From positions 1 to 41,234 of the IMG/VR virus record IMGVR_UViG_3300031836_000027: a DNA stretch of 41,234 bases. One strand, given 5' to 3'. Source of the DNA: a virus. Taxonomy: Duplodnaviria > Caudoviricetes. Numbering within the stretch: the first letter of the stretch is position 1; each line of letters opens with the position of its first letter. The notes under the pieces were generated by a model. The model was not told the origin of the DNA. It was given only the letters and a program-made list of their open reading frames with translations, and made no database searches. Of this stretch, positions 8,464 to 17,745 are shown in pieces. The translations under genes and the position numbers were made by a program.

Positions 8464-9492
8464 CTAAGCTAGTGTTATAGTTGCAATCCCAAGTTCATCC
8501 GCATGTGGGAAGGATGGAATTACTGTAGCAGCTGCCTTTGTAAATTCTGCTACTGGATCTACACTTGTATAAGTTCCTACAAATACATTTCCAACCATTG
8601 AAGCGGTTTTCATGTTGCCATCACCAATAAGTTTAACTTCTTCAGCAGTTAGTCCATAAACTGTTTCTCCTAAAGTTGAAGATCCAAACATAGATATAAT
8701 GTTTTCAGGGAAGTATCTTACAGTTGAATATCCTGTAGCTGTTTCAACCTTATACTTAGATTCATTAACTAAAAGAATTGGTAGGTCAGACTGTGATAGC
8801 AACTCATTTAACAATGATAAAGTAACAAGTTTATCTGAGTTAGACCCAAATACTGCTTTTTTGATTGAAGTAGTAGCACAAATGGCCTTCATTACTTTTC
8901 TTGAAGTTATTGCTCTCGCTGGTCTACTTCCACATTCACTTTCAACCGCAGTTGCTAAAGTTTCTAGGTCAATAAGTGGTGTAGCTGTAGTTGGTGCACT
9001 CCAGTTGAAAGGTAGTTTGTTTCCAGCTGGAACTAAGTAATCTATTGTTACAGCTACACCATTTTCATCTATTGCAATTTTACCGCTAGAAATAGCTTCC
9101 ATTCTCATAGCTTCAGCTCTTACTCTTATACTTTCTTCCATTTTTTCTGCATCTTTATAAAGTTGAGCTAGAACGAATGCTAACTCAGCATCATTTCGTG
9201 GATTTTGGATTTTGATTAATTCTTTCTCAGTGATCTTAATTTGTCTTTTGATTAGGGCTAAAGTCTGGATACCCTTTGCGATTGATTCTCTACTAGCCAA
9301 TTGTGTCTTTGTATCAAATGCATGTACACTTGCACTTACTGGGAGACCGCCAGCACCTAAAATCATATCAAATTCTATGTCTTGAATCTTCTTTTCAGGG
9401 AATAGAGCTTCACCTAACATTGGGACAACTACTCTTTCCTTGAAATAATTTATTAATTCTAATGTATTAAAAACTTCTACTAATTTTGGCAT
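8464..9492 (-). CDS. Major capsid protein
   Basis: 342 aa; LGEALFP...ASVHAFDT...RAEAMRMEAISSGKI...DPV...P pattern (capsid E-like); follows scaffold and decoration genes. Confidence 0.85.
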   Translation of the reverse strand: MPKLVEVFNTLELINYFKERVVVPMLGEALFPEKKIQDIEFDMILGAGGLPVSASVHAFDTKTQLASRESIAKGIQTLALIKRQIKITEKELIKIQNPRNDAELAFVLAQLYKDAEKMEESIRVRAEAMRMEAISSGKIAIDENGVAVTIDYLVPAGNKLPFNWSAPTTATPLIDLETLATAVESECGSRPARAITSRKVMKAICATTSIKKAVFGSNSDKLVTLSLLNELLSQSDLPILLVNESKYKVETATGYSTVRYFPENIISMFGSSTLGETVYGLTAEEVKLIGDGNMKTASMVGNVFVGTYTSVDPVAEFTKAAATVIPSFPHADELGIATITLA

Positions 9493-9509
9493 TATTAATT
9501 CCCCCTCGA

Positions 9510-9878
9510 CTATCTAAATTTTACTTCTGGTAAAGCTGCTTTTAATAAAACTATTGCTGCATCTGCAAATGGTGCTAAGACTCTATCTGCTCTTAAGTAT
9601 CCCTCAACCATTATAGAACCAGGTTCATCACCGTTTGTAACATCTACTGTCTGATATAAAACTCCTACTGGAGTAGTTGTTAAAGTTTCACTTCCAGCGG
9701 TACCTTCTTCTGTAACAACTGTGCCTGTAGCATCAATGAAACTACCTGCTGCAACATATTTCTTTCCGTCTGCATCTGCTACCACACCTGAAGTTAATAC
9801 TGTTCCTGAAAAACATACTAAATTTGCATCACTTGCTAGTATTTCCATTTCGTTTGTGTAAATTGTTTTTTTAAACAT
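9510..9878 (-). CDS. Head decoration protein
   Basis: DGKKYVAAGS...GVLYQTVDVTNGD; position. Confidence 0.7.
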   Translation of the reverse strand: MFKKTIYTNEMEILASDANLVCFSGTVLTSGVVADADGKKYVAAGSFIDATGTVVTEEGTAGSETLTTTPVGVLYQTVDVTNGDEPGSIMVEGYLRADRVLAPFADAAIVLLKAALPEVKFR

Positions 9879-9891
9879 TTAATATTCCTCC

Positions 9892-10527
9892 TTATTTTGC
9901 TGCCCAAGGGTCACTTGGAGCAGTTTTGCCACCATTATTTTGTGCAGCCATTGAAGCACCAATTGAAATGTTTGCTCCATCTTCACCTTTTCCGCCAGGA
10001 ACATAACTTGAGACTTTCATTCTCTCATTAACGCTTGTTTCAAGACCCTTTGACCAATTTTCTGCGAATCCATCTAATTCAACTTTTGTGGAATCAAAAT
10101 CTTCACCTAATAATTTACTAATATACTTTGAATCTATTTTAATTCCTTTTTCAGTTGCATAAGCAACCGCTTGATTTAACATTTTTTCTCTAGCACTTTC
10201 AGATTTTAAATTTGCAATTTCTTTTTTTAATTCGGCTTGCGGATCTGGTACCAAGTCAGGATATTTTGTTTTCATAACGTCAGAAAACTCACCTTCCCAA
10301 CTACCGGATTCCTTCATTGTTTTGACTGCTTTTGCGTGATATTTATCGTTTTCGCTTTCAAAATATGACTTGAAATCCTTATCTGTCTTAGCCTTTTGCT
10401 TAAAGGTATCTAGTGTAGGTTCATCACCTTTAAACTGCGTTTCAACATCAGTTCCAACCAATAATGTGTTAATATCCTCATCGTCTTTTAAAGCTTTTAT
10501 TTTTTCGATTAAATCTTTCTTTAACAT
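9892..10527 (-). CDS. Capsid scaffolding protein
   Basis: Charged helical protein ending VNERMKVSSYVPG; GGAGG RBS favours the ATG at 10527. Confidence 0.75.
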   Translation of the reverse strand: MLKKDLIEKIKALKDDEDINTLLVGTDVETQFKGDEPTLDTFKQKAKTDKDFKSYFESENDKYHAKAVKTMKESGSWEGEFSDVMKTKYPDLVPDPQAELKKEIANLKSESAREKMLNQAVAYATEKGIKIDSKYISKLLGEDFDSTKVELDGFAENWSKGLETSVNERMKVSSYVPGGKGEDGANISIGASMAAQNNGGKTAPSDPWAAK

Positions 10528-10539
10528 ATATTCCTCCAT

Positions 10540-10624
10540 CCCTTATACGCTAATTGCCCATAAGACACATATTTTTATTATTTTAATGTAGTTGTACCCC
10601 TCATACGCAAAATGCCCACAAGAC
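10540..10624 (-). repeat. Two 27-nt direct repeats, each a hairpin, in the scaffold gene leader
   Basis: 10540-10566 and 10598-10624 are 23/27 identical. Confidence 0.8.
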
Positions 10625-10700
10625 GAGCTTAAGCAGTTTAATGCCATGTTAGGGGCACGTAACAAAGCACCTACTATCAAGTAAATGCTTTATACATAAT

Positions 10701-10901
10701 CTATTCATTTAATATATCATCTAAATTGGTATCAATACCCTCGCAAGCTATCTTACAACCTATTTTAACTGCGTCTGATATAACTCCTTGCATTTCATAG
10801 TAATAACCACTACCTTTTGGGATTACTCCTGTTACATCGTTCCAAGTATCAAAATTATTAAACGCTTTCCTGATTGCAAATTCAATTTCGCCTTTGGTCA
10901 T
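10701..10901 (-). CDS. Hypothetical protein
   Basis: 66-aa ORF in operon orientation; terminator-like hairpin at about 10664-10691. Confidence 0.65.
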   Translation of the reverse strand: MTKGEIEFAIRKAFNNFDTWNDVTGVIPKGSGYYYEMQGVISDAVKIGCKIACEGIDTNLDDILNE

Positions 10902-10905
10902 ATTC

Positions 10906-11178
10906 TTATACTACTATTTCATATGTCTTTTTAAATATATCAGATTTACATGGATAAAATTCACCTTGAACACCTTTTATAACATAATCATTTTTACTTA
11001 TTTTCATATTACCTTCTAATGTCATTATGGAATATTCATTTCCCGTAATTACATTGTAAATCGTACATTCGTTGTTATCTTTATCACTTAGCTTTTTAAC
11101 AAAAGCCATAACCGCGTGTATATTATCCCCTGTATATTGTATAGCCTCTATTACTACTGGTTTCTTTCTGTATTTCAT
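10906..11178 (-). CDS. Phage hypothetical protein (KKPVVIEA...GEFYPCK family), paralogue A
   Basis: ATG 11178 after AGGAGTG; motif shared with 15278-15544. Confidence 0.8.
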   Translation of the reverse strand: MKYRKKPVVIEAIQYTGDNIHAVMAFVKKLSDKDNNECTIYNVITGNEYSIMTLEGNMKISKNDYVIKGVQGEFYPCKSDIFKKTYEIVV

Positions 11179-11197
11179 TAATAAATCACTCCTTTTA

Positions 11198-11929
11198 TCA
11201 AAGTACTGTATTATAACCCCTACAACGTGGATGCAGATTGTCAGGTGCATCATCTAAATCATATACTTTTCCATTTACACCAGCACATATACTGCAAGTC
11301 CTGGAATCCATCTCTTCATTTCTAAGGACGCGCTCAACTCCAGTTTCTTTACAAAATCTTTTAAATGCTAAACTTTCAACGTGACTTATTTCAGTTTCCA
11401 CTAATCTTTGCACATTATATGCACTTGTATTATAAGACTTCTCAATATTCCTCTTAATTTGATTAACATTTATTTTACCATTTAAGAAATCTTGAGTTTG
11501 TTTATGGAGTAGTTTCGCCACATCATTATTATGGCCCCAAACCCTGTCACTAAAATGCGCTCCTTTGAAATTACTACCTATAATCTCCCTAACATCTTTA
11601 AGATTTGCATTGTAACTATAGAAATTAAAAGTTTTGTTTACTGCACTGTTTAATATTTCTTTTATAACCTTGTTTTGAGTAACCCCTTGGGCTTGCGTAC
11701 CTACTACGACTATCTTAGACAACCTATTGTACTCTTTCTTTTTATCTGCCTTAGAGAGCTTCATAAGGTCATTTAAAATGGTATAGGTAAGCATTATATT
11801 TGCTAGTTGCTTTAATAGTTCATCTCTATTATTCTTTTGTTCCTTATAAACCTCTTTTATCTGTTTATCAGCTTCATTATATAAACTTTCAATGAAATCC
11901 TGTTCTTCTTTATCGGTATAATCACTCAT
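11198..11929 (-). CDS. Minor head protein (SPP1 gp7/Mu gpF-like)
   Basis: FSDRVW, RLVETE, DSRTCSIC, HPRCR. Confidence 0.85.
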   Translation of the reverse strand: MSDYTDKEEQDFIESLYNEADKQIKEVYKEQKNNRDELLKQLANIMLTYTILNDLMKLSKADKKKEYNRLSKIVVVGTQAQGVTQNKVIKEILNSAVNKTFNFYSYNANLKDVREIIGSNFKGAHFSDRVWGHNNDVAKLLHKQTQDFLNGKINVNQIKRNIEKSYNTSAYNVQRLVETEISHVESLAFKRFCKETGVERVLRNEEMDSRTCSICAGVNGKVYDLDDAPDNLHPRCRGYNTVL

Positions 11930-13271
11930 TGGCAGTCACAGTGTCTAAATTAATAATAGGTACCTCAGCATCCTGTTCTTTTTTAACTTTTTCAGCTTCA
12001 GCTACTTTATTGCTTATAAAACTAAATCTACCTCTTGAAGTATCCTTAGAAATAATTCCCTCAGGAACCTGAGCCAGCATTTGTGCAGTTCCTAAATCAT
12101 CCATTGGAATATTAGGAGTATAAAGAGCATTAATATCTTTATAATCATAATTTTTGTTTTTCTTAAGGTTCAAATACATACATAAAAACCTATTTCTATT
12201 TTTAACAATATTTTTATGTGCCTTTTCCTCAAGTTCACATTTATTTTCAAGTGCAATTAGCCTTGATCTTAATGCAATCCCTGATAAGTTGCTCACCATA
12301 CCCTCGTTATGATTAATATGGCAGGAAATTTGATACATTGTATCTACATATCTATCAAGCGTATTTTGGATAAAGGTATCATTGATATTTTTAATAAGCC
12401 ACTGAATTGTACTATCTTTGTCTTTAGCCTGTAGTACTCCTAATTTTTTCATTTCTGGTATATCATCTGTAGGAATTTCACAGCCTGTAAATACCAAATA
12501 AGCACTTCTAAAATCACTTATTTCATTCCCAATATCACTAAAATTAGTTTCAAAAGCATCTTGAAGACCTTTTATATCACCATACAAACTATCATGATAT
12601 TCTTCTAATGTTAATTTTCCAACACTAACAGGAACCTCTCCAAATATATTATAAGTAGGGTTTTCTATTTCATTGAATTTACTATCATAATGATAAATAC
12701 AAGAATCTGTATACACGTCTATATATTGATTAGTTGTATCAAAATCATTTTTAAACGCACGAATAAAAAATAAAACCTTACCTGAGCTATCCGTATAGGC
12801 ATATCCATCAGTGGGTTTTACAATCTTGCTACAAAAGTCAGCTGCTTCATTTAGGTAATACAATTCATATACCTTAGTAAACACTAACAAATACTTCATC
12901 AAGTCCGTATCATGTAATTCATCCCAATGCGCAGTGTAGTATTCAATATCCTTAACTATATCACTATTATCGCTCTTGGACTCATACGTTATATCATTAC
13001 CTACAGTGTAAGAAACTTCTTCTTTGATAAATTTCTTCATATAGTTTACATTTGTCTTAATATTAGATCTCTCAGTTATAAATTTATAATTTTTCATAGC
13101 GTCGGTTTGCCCCTTATAGTACCTATACATCTTTTCATGAACATAACGGTTTGCGACGTACTGGCCATATATTTTCTTAACCAACTTCAAATGCTCGGGA
13201 TTTCGTAGATTTAATCCTATTTGCTTTTTAAAAAGTCTTTTCATTAATTCACTAAAATTCATTTTATCCAC
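11922..13271 (-). CDS. Portal protein (SPP1 gp6-like)
   Basis: YRYYKG, NLSGIALRSRL, YTPNIP; follows terL. Confidence 0.88.
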   Translation of the reverse strand: MDKMNFSELMKRLFKKQIGLNLRNPEHLKLVKKIYGQYVANRYVHEKMYRYYKGQTDAMKNYKFITERSNIKTNVNYMKKFIKEEVSYTVGNDITYESKSDNSDIVKDIEYYTAHWDELHDTDLMKYLLVFTKVYELYYLNEAADFCSKIVKPTDGYAYTDSSGKVLFFIRAFKNDFDTTNQYIDVYTDSCIYHYDSKFNEIENPTYNIFGEVPVSVGKLTLEEYHDSLYGDIKGLQDAFETNFSDIGNEISDFRSAYLVFTGCEIPTDDIPEMKKLGVLQAKDKDSTIQWLIKNINDTFIQNTLDRYVDTMYQISCHINHNEGMVSNLSGIALRSRLIALENKCELEEKAHKNIVKNRNRFLCMYLNLKKNKNYDYKDINALYTPNIPMDDLGTAQMLAQVPEGIISKDTSRGRFSFISNKVAEAEKVKKEQDAEVPIINLDTVTANE

Positions 13272-13275
13272 CTCC

Positions 13276-15012
13276 TTATAGGCCTAGAGCTCTTCGGTCC
13301 AATACTTTAACGACACTTACAACTTTTATATCATTAATTCTATTTGCAAACTCTGCTGTAATATCAGGAGCATCATCATGTTCACTAAAATTCTGCCCTG
13401 CAAAATCCATGATTTGATCTTGAAAAGGAACATCTTCAGAGTTAAAAATAATACGACCATTATTAACATCAGAAACAATAGTATTAATTTTTTCATCCTT
13501 ATTCTTTTTCTGCATTTCATTTACATAAATAAAAGTCCTTAATTTAAGGACCTCATCTAATGCTATTAATTCTTTCAGCTTGATTACATCAGCACCGGAA
13601 TAAGTATTTTTTTCAATACATATATGGGTTATATCCTTATAATCAGTCAAAAGCTTAAGAGCATGTTTCATATAACCATCAAACTCAATTTTTAATATTT
13701 CAGCCTTACGAGCATATTTAAAACCATTATTGGCGAGTGACCCAACTATGAAACCATAAAAATCTTCTTTATTCTTATTTTTATTATCAGTTCCGGCTGG
13801 ATCCATACAAAGCATAGTTTTAATAAATGTATGGGCCTCAATCTCTTCAGGTGTTTGAGTTACTATAGATTTAAAGTTTTTAATTCCAATTTTACTGGCA
13901 TCATTCTGTAATTCCTGTTTAAAACTGATTCCATCAGTATAATAAGCAATTGCTAAGTTTGCGCAATCCCATTTATCTGGCCATGAAATAGGATATTGCA
14001 TTTCTGCCTCGTGCTGATAATAAAACTCTTTTGCTGCAGCTTCAGCATCTTCATAAATATCACTAAAATATATATTTTTAAACTGTAGCCATAAGCCAGT
14101 AGTATAAAGTTCATCTACATCATCTACTAGCACTGCTTTTCTAGTAATGCATTTATATTCTTTATTTATAAGAATTCTACTCATAAAACAATCTCGATGG
14201 AGTATAGTTCCTAATACTATAAATTTTGTGGCCATTTTTATTCTTGCGCCATTCCTATATACAGCCTCATCACCTGCAAATTTTGCATCATCCATCCAGG
14301 TCCTATATTTCTTATCCCTTGATTCTTGAGTAATAATATCAGATTTACCTTGATAATCATCAGCTATAATGCAAAATGGTCTATTTTTACCATATTTCTT
14401 ACCACGAATAGAAGACGTTGAGCTTATTGCCTGTATCTTTGTATTATTACTAAGTTCAAGTTCCAATTTATTTACTGTGCGATTTCTAGTATCTATTAAT
14501 TTTCCAAAACTTTTTATAATATATTGATTTTCTTCAAATGCCTGCCGGGTTGTCGCTATAAAATCAGTGGCATCTTGTTCTACTTTACCAGCTACAAGCG
14601 TATAAGGAGATATTTCATAAGCATGAAGCCATGTAGATATAGCAAAATCCATTATCGTTGTTTTTGCAGATCCTCTAGGTTCAGCTGCTCCAAATTTATC
14701 ATATAAATCTTTAATAAATATGTTTTCTGCCTCTTCCCATAATTCATAATGCATTGGTGCTAATTCTCTTGCGACATTTCCCGGCTTTGGTGTAAATGTA
14801 TCTTGAAGAAAGTATTTACAGAAAAATGCTATTGATCTTTTACCTACACTATATGCTAATCCATGAAAATCAAATAAATGCTCATTATGTTGTTTCATTA
14901 ACACTCTAGCCTTATTGCCATGGGGATATAACTTTTTTAAATATTTATATAATAATTGTCTATTAACTTTATGTTCGTCTACTTCTAATTCTACATCTTC
15001 CAATTGGATCAC
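13276..15012 (-). CDS. terL: Terminase large subunit
   Basis: PRGSAKT Walker A, IIADD Walker B, MDPA and HDDAPD nuclease motifs. Confidence 0.92.
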   Translation of the reverse strand: MIQLEDVELEVDEHKVNRQLLYKYLKKLYPHGNKARVLMKQHNEHLFDFHGLAYSVGKRSIAFFCKYFLQDTFTPKPGNVARELAPMHYELWEEAENIFIKDLYDKFGAAEPRGSAKTTIMDFAISTWLHAYEISPYTLVAGKVEQDATDFIATTRQAFEENQYIIKSFGKLIDTRNRTVNKLELELSNNTKIQAISSTSSIRGKKYGKNRPFCIIADDYQGKSDIITQESRDKKYRTWMDDAKFAGDEAVYRNGARIKMATKFIVLGTILHRDCFMSRILINKEYKCITRKAVLVDDVDELYTTGLWLQFKNIYFSDIYEDAEAAAKEFYYQHEAEMQYPISWPDKWDCANLAIAYYTDGISFKQELQNDASKIGIKNFKSIVTQTPEEIEAHTFIKTMLCMDPAGTDNKNKNKEDFYGFIVGSLANNGFKYARKAEILKIEFDGYMKHALKLLTDYKDITHICIEKNTYSGADVIKLKELIALDEVLKLRTFIYVNEMQKKNKDEKINTIVSDVNNGRIIFNSEDVPFQDQIMDFAGQNFSEHDDAPDITAEFANRINDIKVVSVVKVLDRRALGL

Positions 15013-15212
15013 CTTCTTTGCTGTACCCTACTATTAATCCTGGCATAACTATCATGCTTCATGCATTCTCGCATATCGGCATAAGCATCAAGCGTAAAGT
15101 CTAAGAGCTCACAGCCATGTTCCTTTTTACATTTGTTTATTGGAGGACAGGCGCAAACAACTTCACCATCTTTCCATTGCGTGTATAATTTAATTTTCAT
15201 ATACCACACCAC
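15009..15212 (-). CDS. Small Cys-rich hypothetical protein
   Basis: Stop overlaps the terL start. Confidence 0.6.
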   Translation of the reverse strand: MVWYMKIKLYTQWKDGEVVCACPPINKCKKEHGCELLDFTLDAYADMRECMKHDSYARINSRVQQRR

Positions 15213-15277
15213 CTAAAAAGTATTATAAAAAATAATTGTTGTGCCTACCCTTGAAGCTAAAAAAATATTATAAAAAA

Positions 15278-15544
15278 TTATACTATGTCATATGTCTTTT
15301 CAAATATATCAGGTTTACATGGATAAAACTCACCATTTACACCTTGAATTAGAAAATCACCATCACTCATTTTCATATTTCCCTCTAACGTAATAATAAA
15401 ATATTCGTTTTCCTCTGCATTATATTTCATATTTTTAGAATTATCTTCACCGCTTAATTCTTCAACAAAATCCATAACCCTATGGATATTATCCCTCGTA
15501 TATTTTATAGCATTGATTACTACTGGTTTCTTTCTGAATTTCAT
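15278..15544 (-). CDS. Phage hypothetical protein (KKPVVINA...GEFYPCK family), paralogue B
   Basis: ATG 15544 after AAGGAG. Confidence 0.8.
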   Translation of the reverse strand: MKFRKKPVVINAIKYTRDNIHRVMDFVEELSGEDNSKNMKYNAEENEYFIITLEGNMKMSDGDFLIQGVNGEFYPCKPDIFEKTYDIV

Positions 15545-15588
15545 ATAATAATATCTCCTTTCATAAGAAAAACACCCTGTTAAGAGTG

Positions 15589-16156
15589 TTAAAATGTTTT
15601 TTCTGAAATTAACCAACTTTTTTTATCTGCAAATCTTTGAATTACAAATCCTGTTCTTCTTAATAATGCCATAAACTTCATTTGCCCTATATCGATACCT
15701 ACTTTATTAAATTGATTTTCAATAGTAATTTTATCCTCTGAATATAGTTTCTTGTTAAACCAATTTTCTTCTATATACAAACGAATTAATTTTATGTTGC
15801 TATCTTCTTCGAAATTATTATTAGCACTCATAAAAGCATTTTGTAGTTTTCCACCACCAACGTGGACACAATAACCATCTTCGAGCACACCATACTTTTC
15901 AGTATAATATTTTTCTTTTTTCAAAAGTTGTTTGGTTGTAAATTCCCCTGCCTCAATGATAACAAATTCAAAATTACCACAGTTGAATAATTCAGTTAAT
16001 TTTTTTATTGGGGTGGTTGCCTTTTTTTACTCGTAACCAATGATGACCCCATCTGTTTGAAAATGAAACATTTGTACTACCAACATATACTATCTTATAA
16101 ATATCCAAATCCACAATCCCATAAATACCCTTTTGAAACATTTCCTTACCATACAT
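15589..16156 (-). pseudogene. GIY-YIG endonuclease, frameshifted at an A7 tract
   Basis: GIYGI...YVGST...RW..H...GNHPN then stop at 15992; removing one A at 16000-16006 continues into FEFVIIE...KEKYY...GYC (188 aa). Confidence 0.82.
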
Positions 16157-16189
16157 TAACAAATCCCCCTCATATACTTCTATATAATT

Positions 16190-16241
16190 ATTATATCATA
16201 AACTTACGTAAGTTGCAATAAGTTTAAGTAAAGTATATAAT
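16190..16241. promoter_or_regulatory. Back-to-back sigma-A promoters sharing one palindromic -35, with an operator
   Basis: TTGCAA at 16213-16218 lies 17 bp from a TATAAT on each strand; palindrome AACTTACGTAAGTT at 16201-16214. Confidence 0.8.
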
Positions 16242-16259
16242 GTGTTTGAGGTGATATGA

Positions 16260-16421
16260 ATGAGTGATTTAAAAACTAGGGAAAGATATACAAATTCTAT
16301 TGATATTAATTTATTGAACCAACTTAAAGCACTTTCAGAAACTACTAAAATACCACAATCAAAGTTATTAGATAAAGCTATTGAATTATTATTAAAGGAT
16401 TATTTGGAGACTGCCGAATAG
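16260..16421 (+). CDS. Ribbon-helix-helix DNA-binding protein (53 aa)
   Basis: Not in ORF track. MSDLKTRERYTNSIDINLLNQLKALSETTKIPQSKLLDKAIELLL; RBS GAGGTG. Confidence 0.85.
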   Translation: MSDLKTRERYTNSIDINLLNQLKALSETTKIPQSKLLDKAIELLLKDYLETAE

Positions 16422-16436
16422 GTGGTCTTCTTTTTT
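16407..16436 (+). terminator. Terminator of the RHH gene
   Basis: GGAGACUGCC-GAAUA-GGUGGUCUUC followed by U6. Confidence 0.7.
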
Positions 16437-16748
16437 CAAAGGTAAAATTTTATTATAAAAAATTATAGGCTCTACCTCCACGATTTCCACGATTCCTAAA
16501 AACAGAATATACCCCTATAGCCTCTCACATCAATGTAAACCAATGTAAAATAATGTCGTGAAACCTTGATTTCACGACATTATATATTAAACCTAGTGAT
16601 ACCAACGTTCTCTACCCTATACTATAATAAACTATGACGTTATTATCAGTGTTTATATCTAGTACATAGTGTGTTCCCACACATGTTCGTATTATATTGT
16701 CGCTGATGCTGTGTAGCGAGCACTAGCTATGGTCCCTATAAACTGCGA

Positions 16749-17141
16749 CTATTCCTCATCAAACTCCTGAAGCTCTTGGTCCAGTACATCTACTGGCACA
16801 TTATCCTTAGCATCTCTACCATCATCTATGCTTATCTTAGTTGTATTAGGCATAGTCTTGTTTAACAGAGCAAGCCTAGCATCTAACTCAATCTTCTTAT
16901 TGGTAGTGCTATCAGCTAGGTCTATCAGTGCCTGCGCGTTCTTTGGTGCATAGGCAGTGATTATCTGTATTGTGGAGGAAATAAACTCCTGTTGACACCT
17001 GCTCACCTCGGCCTTAAACTCTTCCAATTCTATCCATTTATAAATAGTATTCCTAGTAACGCCTGATTTCCTCGCCATATCGCTAATATTCCCGCCTATT
17101 ACCTTTGATTCTATTGCCTTAACCTGTCTCTCATCTAACAT
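16749..17141 (-). CDS. terS: Terminase small subunit (HTH type)
   Basis: N-terminal HTH (ISDMARKSGVTRNTIYKW), first late gene, acidic tail. Confidence 0.7.
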   Translation of the reverse strand: MLDERQVKAIESKVIGGNISDMARKSGVTRNTIYKWIELEEFKAEVSRCQQEFISSTIQIITAYAPKNAQALIDLADSTTNKKIELDARLALLNKTMPNTTKISIDDGRDAKDNVPVDVLDQELQEFDEE

Positions 17142-17175
17142 CTAATCACCTCCTATATAGTGAACACGCGCAATA

Positions 17176-17242
17176 AGAAGAGCACCGGTTGTATACCAGT
17201 GCTCTTCTCTCTTTAATAATTCTAACTAATACTATTATAACA
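17176..17242 (-). promoter_or_regulatory. Putative late promoter (extended -10) followed by a leader hairpin
   Basis: TGTTATAAT at 17234-17242 just after the activator gene; 14-bp stem at 17176-17208. Confidence 0.55.
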
Positions 17243-17252
17243 CCTTATTATG

Positions 17253-17723
17253 TTAAAAACGGCTTGTATTTAGTGGGTTTTCCGCTTGTATTCCAAACAT
17301 TACTCCTGTTAATGTGTTTATCGCTCTATTCCGTAACTCTCTACACCAACTAATATCATAGTTCATTTCCCTTGATATCTGGACCCATGTTAAAGGTTTA
17401 TCCCATCTATTATGCTGCATAAATCTTAATTCAATAATTCTTCTTTCTTTTTCGTTTAGCTGCTTAATACCTTGTTGTATTACTAATATTTTGCTTTCCA
17501 GGTGATTTATTTCAATACTCATATTAGCTAATGTTATTGCATTATCTTCTACCTCAGAACTAATTTTATGAGATGGACTTAATTTTTCCTTATCATATTC
17601 AAGCGCATCTCCGTCTCTTACATGTTTCTCAACTTCATTATATAGGGATTTATACGAATCTAGTTTAATAATTATATCATTGTAATTTCTCAGCCATGTT
17701 TCTATTACTCTTTTATAATCCAT
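17253..17723 (-). CDS. ArpU/RinA-like late transcriptional activator
   Basis: LNEKERRIIELRF...WVQISREMNY...LRNRAI; last early gene; AAGGAGG before ATG 17723. Confidence 0.8.
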   Translation of the reverse strand: MDYKRVIETWLRNYNDIIIKLDSYKSLYNEVEKHVRDGDALEYDKEKLSPSHKISSEVEDNAITLANMSIEINHLESKILVIQQGIKQLNEKERRIIELRFMQHNRWDKPLTWVQISREMNYDISWCRELRNRAINTLTGVMFGIQAENPLNTSRF

Positions 17724-17745
17724 ATATTCCTCCTTAGCCTCTGAT

